IMG/VR virus record: IMGVR_UViG_3300036881_000016
Span: 2,891-66,890 of that record
Source: a virus
DNA: 64,000 bases
Strand: one strand, 5' to 3'
Shown here: positions 9,699-19,530 of the stretch, in pieces
Layout of the letters: the number at the start of each line of letters is the position of its first letter
How positions within the stretch are numbered: position 1 is the first letter of the stretch
Translations under genes and position numbers: made by a program
Notes under the pieces: model-generated
What the model was told of the DNA's origin: nothing
Databases searched by the model: none
What the model saw: only the letters and a program-made list of their open reading frames with translations

Positions 9699-9812
9699 TC
9701 ACTTCCCCTTTGCTTTCTTAGCCGCTCGTGCTGCGGCCATACGCGCACCGAAGTTTGCTTTGCTATTTGCCTTTGCAGGCTTCGCCGGAACCTTTACTGC
9801 TTTCTTTGCCAT
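9699..9812 (-). CDS. 37-aa Lys/Ala-rich, histone-H1-tail-like peptide
   Basis: Below the track cutoff. My translation: MAKKAVKVPAKPAKANSKANFGARMAAARAAKKAKGK; RBS AGGTGA. Confidence 0.65.
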   Translation of the reverse strand: MAKKAVKVPAKPAKANSKANFGARMAAARAAKKAKGK

Positions 9813-10195
9813 TTGTTTTCACCTGATCCCCAACCAGTTCAAAATCACGACAACCATTATGATTGTCACCACTACATTAAGATACGATACTTCCATTTTA
9901 GTTCACCTATTGCTCTTTCTATAACTTCTATCGAGCGAAATAATGGGTCTAATGCTTCCACCAAATCGTCTCTAAGTGCTTCCAAGTCAGATTCAAACAT
10001 CTTCACGCCTCTGAATGTATTGCACCATCCACGCTACCACGTCTTCCATAGACTTACTCTTACCATCCACGGCCTGCAACATTCCACCTCGTTTCATCAT
10101 CCACGTATGATCCTCACTTGAAACGAAAATCTTCTTTCTATCTGCAACCCATTTCTTGTAATACGTTGACGCCGGAGTCTCGCCTTTCGGAGGGT

Positions 10196-10690
10196 TCATA
10201 CGTCCTTAACCTCATCCCCGAACACAATCGTCACGCTTCCAGTAACCTCAGTCTTCCTCTCCTTGTTAAGTTGGAAAATATCATTGAACGTATCCTGCGC
10301 CATCTTGTATCTCTCGCGTTTCTCACGAGCGCTTAGATTCAGTTCATCTTCATTATCCATCATATCCGAATATTTATCCAACTGTTTCTGAGCCCGCTTG
10401 ATTGCCTTCGCCTTGTATTTCTTGATAAGCTTCTCGTTCTGCGCGAGCTCCATCTTCATTATATGATCGTCATACGCTTCCGCCCGGCGAATCCAATCGT
10501 GTTTCTTGCCGTATGATCTTAATGTGGAGGGTTGAAGGTCAAACTCGACTCCTGAGTATTTCTTCTGGACAGCCGTATAGGTCCTTGTGGGGCCATAATC
10601 ACGGAAAAAACAAAATAATTCATACGCCTTCGTAGGTTCGTCATCTCGACGATCCCAAGGATCATTAAGCTCTTTAGACTCTTCTGTCAT
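10196..10690 (-). CDS. Terminase small subunit-like HTH protein
   Basis: First gene of the packaging operon; 'PWDRRDDEPTKAYELF..FRDYGPTRT..WIRRAEAYD' followed by a helical region and a beta C-terminus. Confidence 0.6.
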   Translation of the reverse strand: MTEESKELNDPWDRRDDEPTKAYELFCFFRDYGPTRTYTAVQKKYSGVEFDLQPSTLRSYGKKHDWIRRAEAYDDHIMKMELAQNEKLIKKYKAKAIKRAQKQLDKYSDMMDNEDELNLSAREKRERYKMAQDTFNDIFQLNKERKTEVTGSVTIVFGDEVKDV

Positions 10691-10717
10691 CTACACTTGA
10701 CGTAGGCACCGGAGTTG

Positions 10718-10725
10718 TATAAAAA
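10718..10725 (-). promoter_or_regulatory. Archaeal-type TATA box (TTTTTATA) of the head operon
   Basis: 27 nt upstream of the ATG at 10690, which has no strong RBS; geometry of a leaderless archaeal transcript. Confidence 0.55.
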
Positions 10726-11368
10726 CCTATAAGAATCTGAGCGTTGATTTACTATCAGCGACGAGGGCATTAGAAGTCCCATGGTGGCAAATGTTTTCGT
10801 CGCAAAAACCTATAAACAATGAAGGCTATTTTCTTATGGGCGCCAGTAGGCAAGCGCTTGCCGATGACTGATACGCCCCTGATTTTAAAAAGTATTAAAT
10901 ACCTAGACAAGAATGCGTTACGTGCTTCAGCAGCACTCGCGGAAGACCACACCTAAGAGTCGAACACCTTGGCCTCACAATCTTTTCTCTGTTCGGCTCT
11001 TCCTTCCTTCTGATGGTTATGTTTTCTGTAACAATTTTAAAACGAATCAACACTGGTAGATTAATCCAGACGTCTTTGATGAATGATTGGGACCAGAATC
11101 GAGGGAAAAAGCCTCGAAAAAAATCCCAACCAATTAATTGACGGCCCTCTTTTGGTAATTAAGGTTCAAATAAAGCTTTAGCCGTAGGTATCTTTATATA
11201 TTAGTAGAATCGGGGAAAAAGAGACGAGAGTGTACTTATTGATGCATCACTTAAAAAATTAATATTATTCATAAATCTACTTTTATATTAATTCAGAAAT
11301 TCTCTTGGAAGTTTGAGGAGATGCCTAGGCTTTGCGTCCCTCCAGATTAGACGTAGGGATCGCTTGAA

Positions 11369-11403
11369 CTAGTGGCTAGTGGCTAGCGGCTAGGTGCTAG
11401 GAT
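11369..11403. repeat. Five tandem 7-bp CTAGNNN units
   Basis: CTAGTGG CTAGTGG CTAGCGG CTAGGTG CTAGGAT, bracketed by the inverted repeat TGAACT...AGTTCA. Confidence 0.8.
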
Positions 11404-13315
11404 CAGTTCACATTGTCTTAACTGCTTCCCGAATGAACACTATAGCATGTCTAATATGTAGTGGCACTAAGTATTTCTTTATATACTCTAGTCAGGTTGT
11501 GTTAGATTATTGTACAATACGAGAATGGATGCGGTCATATAGTTTTATTATTCTCTGGTTGTGTTAGTTTATTCTCTTGTTGTCTCATTGTTGTTGTATC
11601 ATCAAGATATAGTTCTCTTATGAGTTGAGTATTGGGTTATTATTGCTTATGATATGGGATGATAGAAGGCCCATCTATTGCTTACGAATGGCCCCGATAG
11701 GGTGGCGATATGGGCGGTCGAATCACGGGTGACTAGTTCCATATAAAGCCACCTGTCCAGAGTCAAGATTATAAAGAACGTCTGTGCGTTCTTTAAATGC
11801 TTAAATGAGCAATCTGCTAGGCGTTGGCGTTTGGATTTGCCACATCGGTTAAATATGGCTTCTATCTACAAGTTTGGATTATATCAGTTATCACTATTCA
11901 ATGCTTGTTGCTTGCTCTGATCGTTCTATTAATCGTATCATATAGTCTATCTATATATAGTATTAAATCTAAGTATAGGTTGTCTAATGCAAGAGGTGAC
12001 TTGAACCGTTATCTCTGAAGTTTAGAGGACATCGGATAGACCCGTAAGCGGAAAGGGTAGCCACTTAAACGCGGTGTGCGTGTGGTGAGGGGAGTTATGC
12101 GGGACGATGTTTGAAGAAGAGCACGTAGGAAATAGACTTGCTTGATGTGCTAACACGATAAGCGATAACTGTTGGCAGATATGGGAAACGACCTTATCAA
12201 GTATCGAGGAAGTTCATATACGATCTTTGGGATGATCTGACTTTAGTATATCCCTACTTTTTTATATGGCCGTGTGTGTTGCGTTGGGATAATACGCCAT
12301 AGAGGAAACGCTTAAATGTCGCCACAGAGAGCGAAACGGCCTTTCTAAAGTAGGTGAGTTTGAAAAATGTATAATGGAACGATGTTTTCAGGGATCACGA
12401 ACCTGCTCATACAGTTTGTGATTAACTACGCACTGCTGCACAATATCGGCATTAGCGGACTTACGCCACAAGGCGCGGCTAATATCTTGAGTTTAATCGT
12501 AGGTGCGTAATATGAGCTACAAACAAGAAATTGTGCGCTTAATCGAAGAGTACGAAGAGTATGAGAGAAACGACTTTATTGAGTGTGACTTTTTGGAGGA
12601 ATAGATTATGCTAAGTCATCAGGAGAAGCGTTTTTGTGCTGAGATCAAAGCACTTTTGGAGAAGTCGAGAAGCGGCCGAAGTGTGCCACCTGTTGACTAC
12701 GTTTATCTGATTGATAGAGTATTGCGCGAGAAAAATCCCGCGTTGAGTCATAGTGAATTTATGACGTGTTGCGGATTATGGACTTCTGCTGGTTTCGGAG
12801 GACGTGAATTATGAACACTACGCATAAAACGCGAAATAGGGCTGCTTTTATTAAGCGGTTCACTGTAGGACGTTCTTTAAATCGTGAAGACCGCGAAATT
12901 CAGAACTTAACGGGGGTGTGCGTTAATTCGAGGTGAATTATGAAGCTATCAAGTCTTGGAAAGTGCGGTCTTTCAAGTAGGAAGTTGACTGGCATTAAGA
13001 AGAGTGGCTTTAAGTCGGTGTCGCCTTCAATGCGGATTAATAAGGCACGTGTTGAACCTTGCCGCAGTAGGAAGTAAATTATGTCAAAACTAAGCATATT
13101 AGCCTATATCTCGGAATGCTGTTACGGCTGCGATTACCAACCAAAACGTGGTACAGCGTATTGTCAGATGCATCAAAAGCGAATTACGCAAAAGCTGTTG
13201 AGTTCTTGCGAGAACGCCATATAGTAAAAAGTCTCATTTATTGGCATTTCTGGGGCTTTTTTGTATGTTTTGGGGTATGTTTTAGGGCTATTAAACGGCC
13301 TTATTCTACCTCTTT

Positions 13316-13762
13316 TTATTTATTATTCTTATGCGGACAATGTCCATATTGCCCTTTGGCTATGTTGCAGTTATAGCAAAGGACTTGATAGCCTAGAGGG
13401 AAGTTTTCTTTTTTCAAGCGGCGATATAGGTTTGTGCCGTGATCGTGCTTGTTGTTTGTTGGTCGAATGTGGTCTATCGTGAGAAAAGCGCGTTCTGATT
13501 CGCCACAACAAGCGCATTTAATCTGACCGTTTGAATAATGTGAGAATACCTCGTCTCTTAACTGTATAAGATATTCCCTAACTTTGAGTCGTGATTTGGC
13601 ATTTACTTTCTCACGATAAATGCGGTCATTAGCTCGGCGGAATCTTCGGCGCTCATTAATTCTTGCTTGGTTCTTCTTTTGCCAAGCTTTTGTGAGTGTT
13701 AATAAGTGTTCTTTGTGATCGAGACGGTATTGTCTCTGGTATTCTGAACGATCTTTAAGCAT
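13316..13762 (-). CDS. HNH endonuclease-like protein
   Basis: 'CACCGE..FLTIDHI..YQVLCYNCNIAKG' with a basic helical N-terminus. Confidence 0.8.
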   Translation of the reverse strand: MLKDRSEYQRQYRLDHKEHLLTLTKAWQKKNQARINERRRFRRANDRIYREKVNAKSRLKVREYLIQLRDEVFSHYSNGQIKCACCGESERAFLTIDHIRPTNNKHDHGTNLYRRLKKENFPLGYQVLCYNCNIAKGQYGHCPHKNNK

Positions 13763-13881
13763 CGTGATAGATGTTTTAATGCAACGTCGCTTAAACCTTT
13801 TTGAAGGCTTAAAAAAGTGTTCTCGAATACCATAATCACTATGAAAAGCAAGGAGTTTAGGCCTTAAAACTACTCTCTAAA

Positions 13882-13943
13882 CTCTCTTTTTTATGTCGTC
13901 TTAACAAGATTCACAACTTGAGACGGCTTGAACTTTTGGAGAG
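13882..13943 (+). promoter_or_regulatory. Conserved leader hairpin, copy 1
   Basis: CTCTCTTTTTTATGTCGTCTTAACAAGATTCACAACTTGAGACGGCTTGAA; near-identical to 14632-14683. Confidence 0.65.
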
Positions 13944-13950
13944 CTGAATA

Positions 13951-14175
13951 ATGAGTGAATTAGCAAACAGTCTGTATTTTGTCGAATCTGACGCACGCAA
14001 AAGCCTGAGAGAACTTGAAGACACTTGCGCGTATCTTGTCAGAAATGGAAAGCTTGAATGGTTGGAAATTGTGCGCCGAATGATTGATGAAGCCAACGAG
14101 GGAGTAAGTCAGTTTATGCGAGGGGCGCAACATTACGATGAGCTTGTAAATGGTGAGCCGGTCGAGGTGTTTTAA
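13951..14175 (+). CDS. Hypothetical protein
   Basis: ORF with GGAGAG RBS directly after the leader hairpin. Confidence 0.6.
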   Translation: MSELANSLYFVESDARKSLRELEDTCAYLVRNGKLEWLEIVRRMIDEANEGVSQFMRGAQHYDELVNGEPVEVF

Positions 14176-14631
14176 AATGATACCTGCTGAGCTAATAGGA
14201 ACGCCAAAAACTGAGTATAGCGCACGTTTGATTGAACGTCTAAACGTCGTGGCTGAACTTGATAAGGTTAAGTTTGAGAATGACGACGGTGTTATTACTG
14301 GCTATTCGTTGAAGGCAATAAACGACTTTAGAACTTCAATGCTTGATGAAGTGAAGATACTTTTAACGCTTCATAAGATCGAAGTAGGCAAAACAAGCGG
14401 AGAGCTGATTTAAAATGACCCTCACTTGTAAGCATGATGATCTAGGAACGTGCGTTATTTATCCCAGTGATAGAACTGCGGCTTTTTGCGCTTCGCACTG
14501 TGAAAGTCGGCTCTGATACGGCATATACCGACTTGCAAGCATTTTATGATACGTTGGATAATGTCATAGACTGCGCTTTGCTTGGAAACGCCTATGCATT
14601 ACCATATATGGGTTAATTGAGGACAAAAATC

Positions 14632-14693
14632 CTCTCTTTTTTTATGTCGGCTTAACAAGGTTCAAAACTTGAGCTGGCTTGAATAAAAGGAGA
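14632..14693 (+). promoter_or_regulatory. Conserved leader hairpin, copy 2 (upstream of Ku)
   Basis: CTCTCTTTTTTTATGTCGGCTTAACAAGGTTCAAAACTTGAGCTGGCTTGAA, followed by AAAAGGAGA. Confidence 0.65.
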
Positions 14694-14703
14694 TGATTCA
14701 AAA

Positions 14704-15492
14704 ATGGCTAGGAGTATGCAAACAGCTACAATAAGCTTCGGGCTCGTAAATGTGCCTGTCAAGCTGTATAAGGCGGTCGAATCTCCGACCAGCATGCACA
14801 AGCATCATGCCATTGATGGCGGTCGAATCCGTCAAAAGCAATGGTGCGAGGTATGCAAAAAGGAAGTAACAAAAGACGAGGTAGTGAAAGGAACCGAAGT
14901 AAACGGTCAAGTCGTGACCGTGACCGAGGACGAGCTAAAAATGCTGCGTCCTGAAAAGTCGAGCGCAATAAAAATCGTGGAGTTTGTGCCACGATTTGAG
15001 ATTGATTCGCTTTACTTTGGAGCGCATTACTATCTTGGAGTTGACAAAAAGCAGCCGACTGAGCCCTTCTTTTTGCTTAGAAATGCGCTGCGAGAGTGCG
15101 GCAAAATCGCAATCGGAACATACACCAAGCGCGAAAAAGAATACGCTTGCGCGATTGAGCCTTACAAGTCAGGTTTGCTTTTGACTGACCTAAATTACCT
15201 TGAAGAGATAAGAGACATTGAAGAGATAGCGGTCAAAGAGCCGGAAGTCAACGATGAGGACTTGAAGCTCGCGCAAATGCTGATTAAGCAGCGTTCAGTT
15301 GACGAGTTAGATTTGAGCAAGTTCAAGGATTCGTTTAAAGCTGATCTTCAAGCATTAATCGCAACTAAAGCTGCTGGCGAGACTTTCAGCGTTGAATCCG
15401 AGCATTTAGAAGCTCCTAAGTCTACACTCAAAGAAGCACTTGAGGCGAGCCTGACTACTATAAACTGGCAAGCTGAGAAATCGGAGGCCTAA
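14704..15492 (+). CDS. ku: Prokaryotic Ku DNA end-binding protein
   Basis: 'RS....ISFGLVNVPVKLY.A..GRIRQK..C..KEV..DEVVKG.E..IVEFVP..EIDSLYF...YYL..LDLSKFKDSF' is the YkoV/Ku core. Confidence 0.95.
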   Translation: MARSMQTATISFGLVNVPVKLYKAVESPTSMHKHHAIDGGRIRQKQWCEVCKKEVTKDEVVKGTEVNGQVVTVTEDELKMLRPEKSSAIKIVEFVPRFEIDSLYFGAHYYLGVDKKQPTEPFFLLRNALRECGKIAIGTYTKREKEYACAIEPYKSGLLLTDLNYLEEIRDIEEIAVKEPEVNDEDLKLAQMLIKQRSVDELDLSKFKDSFKADLQALIATKAAGETFSVESEHLEAPKSTLKEALEASLTTINWQAEKSEA

Positions 15493-15771
15493 ATTATGAA
15501 TGAAGATGTGATGTTAAAATATCAAGAAATTAATTGCGGCGGAAGCTGCGCCGATGATTGCAGCACAGTTGATGAACTATCAGGTCAAGTTGAAGACTTA
15601 GAACTTGAGAACGCTACCGTGAGGCTTGCTTTGTCAAAAGAAGTAAGCCGTCTATCCGGTGAGAATCTTGATCTGTTTAAACGGTGCGAGAGACTTGAGC
15701 TTGCACTTGAAGAGGCTCGAAACGAGCTGGAACGTGAGCAACTTGACCGTCCTACTCCGTGGTGATCCGAA

Positions 15772-16266
15772 ATGAAAACAAACGAAGAGATATTCAAGGA
15801 GATCAAAGCCACTTTAAAGGGGCTTGATGATCTAGCCGCGTCGCTGACAATCGGCTCTATCAATGGGGGCCGTTTGTCAAACAAGCTTTGGGACGCAATT
15901 ATGGTAAATGAAATTTACCGAGAGAAAGCTGAAGCAAAGGGACTTCTAAAATTAGAAGTCAAGTTACCAAACGGTTTAGGCGTTTGTCACGATTGCGATA
16001 ATCCGCTTTGTGTGAATCCGAACCATTTGTTTCTCGGAACGCCTAAAGAAAATCACCATGACTCAGCTATTAAACGTCGGAGAGCCGACACGAACGCGGC
16101 TTTAAACGGTCGTGCGCGATTAACTTGGAGTGATGTTGAGAAGATTCGCGATCTGTATGAAACTGGAAAATATACTCAAAAGCAATTAGGTAATTGTTTC
16201 GGAGTTCCACAAACGCAGATAAGTAGAATCGTGCGAGGCGCGAGTTGGAGGGAATATTATGACTAA
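15772..16266 (+). CDS. Chimeric protein: unrelated N-terminus fused to a partial HNH and HTH tail
   Basis: 'VCHDCDNPLCVNPNHLFLGTPKEN' and 'ARLTWSDVEKIR..TQKQLG..FGV..ISRIVRG.SW'; the N-terminal CWxW part found in paralogues is missing. Confidence 0.7.
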   Translation: MKTNEEIFKEIKATLKGLDDLAASLTIGSINGGRLSNKLWDAIMVNEIYREKAEAKGLLKLEVKLPNGLGVCHDCDNPLCVNPNHLFLGTPKENHHDSAIKRRRADTNAALNGRARLTWSDVEKIRDLYETGKYTQKQLGNCFGVPQTQISRIVRGASWREYYD

Positions 16267-17002
16267 TCTAAAATGCCTAAAGAATTGTAAATACTGGTCG
16301 GAGTTGCTCGACAGATGTTGTAAGTGCTCGAATTGTAACTCAGATGAGTGCGATGTGTGCGCGAATCGCTGTGAAGCCGCTGTTTATGATGGCGAGATTC
16401 GATGCCCGGAATATCAAATAGAGGGCTCCGACAAATGGGGGATAATTGAAGATGGCATTAGAACTGCGTAAAAGACGGTCGGCTTATCAAGGCGGTTATC
16501 ACTTGAAGAGCCGGAAAAGTGAGAGAGATTGGGTTGCGCCGGTTTTGGATACGACGAAGCAAGCAAGTTTAGAGCTTGAAGTTGAACCGGAAGATAGGCC
16601 GACAGGCGATCCGCTTCTAAAATACGAGGTGACAAAGGAAGATGAAGATAAAAACTGAGATTGAAATTTTACAAGGACGAATCCGAGCCGTCACTGGCCG
16701 GTCGGCCTTTGTCAAGTATTGCGATACTGACGACGAGGCGCTTTTCAGGGCGCAACAGTGTTCAACAGTTGATGCTAACGGGATTATCAATGACTGTCAA
16801 TATCTTGACGGAACCGGCGAGTGCAGCTATCAAGATTCGGATTCGCTTTGCCCGATGATGCGAAAGTTTTGGGTGGTCAATCACGGCGAAGCTAGAGCAT
16901 TGGAAGTGTGCGGCGAAGCAAAATCGGAGGATAAAAGCAATAGAAGATGAAGCAAAATTTCTAAAAGGGATGTTGTTCAAATTTCAAGATGGAAGCTTAT
17001 AG

Positions 17003-17054
17003 CTTCCCTTTCTTTGTATGTCGGCTCCGATAGGGCGAAGCGGCCAAAGGGAGG
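17003..17054 (+). promoter_or_regulatory. Divergent third copy of the leader hairpin
   Basis: CTTCCCTTTCTTTGTATGTCGGCT...AGCGGCCAAAGGGAGG, overlapping the hairpin GGAAGCT-TAT-AGCTTCC. Confidence 0.45.
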
Positions 17055-17656
17055 TCAAATAGATGGAAAATTGCCAAAAAAGTTTTTCACGAAATAGCGA
17101 ATCCGACCAATTTGTAACTCACATTCAGAGAAAATATGGTTCGGCTTCGTCACTGAGTAAGCTTGTTGAAGGACTTGTGAAATTGGAGGCGAACAATGGC
17201 AGTAATAGTTAGCTGTCCTAAACTGAATTGTTATCTTGAGGGAAGCTACGCGGGCGTTCCGCCTTGCGAAGATATTAACGGCAAGTCGATTTGCGATTGC
17301 TCTGATAAATGCACACGGGAATTTACATGCACCGAATGTGACCAGAAATGTGGCGAGCGCAATGACATATTACAAAGCACCGAAAGGTAAGCCGAGTAAA
17401 GACCTGAAGCATTATTTTTGTTTCGTCTCGGCTTGCGAGGTAGGCAATGAAGAACTTTTGTCAGGAATTTGTCTCTATCAATTCAAAGTGGGACGAAAAC
17501 TGGTGAAGATTCTACTCGGCTCGGTCGAAAATGTAGGTTGGACTGCTGACCTAACACCTACAAGGGTAAACGAAGGCCTGAAAGGTAAGGAGTTTGACAG
17601 CGGTTCTGCATTGGAAGCACTGGCGGGTTTGAAATGGTGAAATGAGGTAATTAGAT

Positions 17657-18141
17657 ATGTATATCAAGGAAGTTATTATCGACAGCAAGCTCTCAGATCG
17701 TTTTTGGACGAAAGTTCATAAAACTGATTGGTGTTGGGAGTGGACAGGAATTACAGATACACGCGGATACGGACGAATCAGGGTTCAGAGAAATAAAAAA
17801 CGCGAGGAATATTTAGCACATCGTGTTGCATATTCGCTAACTTATGGTGCAATACCTGCTGGAAAATATGTCTGTCACGATTGCGACAACCCCCGGTGCG
17901 TTAATCCACGTCATCTATTCATAACAACGGCTCAGGGTAACTCGATTGACCGGAACCGGAAAGGTCGCAATGTTGATAACTCCGGCGAGAATCACGGAAG
18001 AGCTAAACTTAATTGGCGACTTGTACTGAGATTCGCAAAGCACGTGAGATGGGATTAACGCAGCGTGCGCTATCGCGCATCTACGGCGTGACTCGCACTG
18101 CGACGCGATATGCAATAATGGAAAAAACTTGGAGGGAATGA
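17657..18141 (+). pseudogene. HNH homing endonuclease with a frameshift before the C-terminal HTH
   Basis: 'RFWTKV..CWEWTG..GYG..AHRVAY..VCHDCDNPRCVNPRHL'. The -1 frame from about 18025 encodes EIRKAREMGLTQRALSRIYGV...KTWRE*, matching the tails of the paralogues. Confidence 0.7.
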
Positions 18142-18369
18142 TGAGTCGCTTGTGTAATTGTCCTTATTCAAGGGAAGCAGTTAAGAATTGTCGGCGTGGC
18201 TACTGGAAGGATGGCGAGATGTTTTGTCTTTGCACAAAGGATTGCGCGAGGTGCTATGCTGACTCGAAGCGAATGGTTCCGATGCACGCCGACTTGAACG
18301 CTGAATACAAGGCGTCGATAGCAATTAAAACGAATCAAGCGAAAGAAAAAATGAAAGGTGAGGCTAATC

Positions 18370-19530
18370 ATGTTGGAGAAAATAAAGCGACTAGTTAAGG
18401 GTGAAATTTGGGACGAGTTAGTCTTCGAGCCTGAACGTGCTCCGAGAGTAGCTTACAGCAAGCCGGAAGTGATTGAGACGCCTCAGCAAACGGCGATTCG
18501 AGCGGCGATCCGAGAAATTGAACGGCTCGTGGGAACGTCATTAAACCGGCATGAGGCAATGGTATATCGCGAAGCTTATCGGCTGTTGATCGAAGGGCAA
18601 TTTCACGCCTATTGTTCTCATACCATCGGTGAATATCACGCCGGAGATTGTAACTTGCGTCAACTTTTGCTTCGCGGTGCGCTCCGAGCATCATTTTCAA
18701 GCAAGAGTGCGTTGCTTCACTTCGCGATGACTGGCGCTACGGGATCAGGAAAGAATGATCTCATTGAGAACATGGCGAAGATCCTGCCGGTAAAGAATGT
18801 GGTTATGTATTCAAGCATAACGCCACAGGTTCTTTATTACGAGATGCGCCTTCCGTTTCCCGGAGTGAAGAATGGATGGACGATGAACCCTGACCATTTC
18901 AAGAACTGCATAATCTGCATCACTGAGATCGCAGATTCAAAGGCTTTCACAGCATTGAAGGCGTTCGCTGAACTAAACGAGTTCAGTTCTTACACGCACA
19001 AGGCGACGAGTGGACAACGATCATTAGACCTTACGGTTCGTGGGCCGAGATCGGTATGGGTTTCGAGCGTGATGGGAATAAAGGATGACCAAGCGAACAG
19101 GCGGTTCATTCATAACGAGATGGATGAGCAAAACCTTGCGAGGCGTGAGGCTAGAGTGCAAACGATTACTGACAGTTTGCTCTCGCAAACAAATCTCGCT
19201 GATGATCCGCGAATGAGAATCTGCCGAGCGGGGTTTGATCTTCTATTCGCGAGCAATCCGAAATTTGAGCAACCAACGACTGACGTGGCAGCGGTGATCT
19301 CTGACCTGAACGTTCTGCTTGACCGGACTGACCATTCACCAAGCCAGTTCAAACAACTCTACGCTCTTATAGAGTGCGGAGCTGCGCTGAGACAATTCGA
19401 GCGAGGCTATTGCAGGATTGAGATGCAGGATGTTTGTGAGGGCTGGTTCCTGAGCGGCTTCGAGACAGAAAAAGAACTATTGCTAGGCGGTCAATGGGTT
19501 AAGCCCGTTGATCCGATGGATGGTTGTTAA
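18370..19530 (+). CDS. AAA+/P-loop ATPase, putative replicative helicase-like
   Basis: Walker A GATGSGKN, Walker B-like 'IICITE', 'SSITPQVLYY', Arg-finger-like 'DDQANRRF'; RBS AGGTGAGG. Confidence 0.65.
   Translation: MLEKIKRLVKGEIWDELVFEPERAPRVAYSKPEVIETPQQTAIRAAIREIERLVGTSLNRHEAMVYREAYRLLIEGQFHAYCSHTIGEYHAGDCNLRQLLLRGALRASFSSKSALLHFAMTGATGSGKNDLIENMAKILPVKNVVMYSSITPQVLYYEMRLPFPGVKNGWTMNPDHFKNCIICITEIADSKAFTALKAFAELNEFSSYTHKATSGQRSLDLTVRGPRSVWVSSVMGIKDDQANRRFIHNEMDEQNLARREARVQTITDSLLSQTNLADDPRMRICRAGFDLLFASNPKFEQPTTDVAAVISDLNVLLDRTDHSPSQFKQLYALIECGAALRQFERGYCRIEMQDVCEGWFLSGFETEKELLLGGQWVKPVDPMDGC

Noticed and set aside
13882-14693. Known self-cleaving ribozyme (twister, hammerhead, pistol) or IS200/IS605 end
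   Set aside because: The catalytic core consensus sequences are not present and no TnpA/TnpB gene is nearby; kept only as an unclassified structured element.
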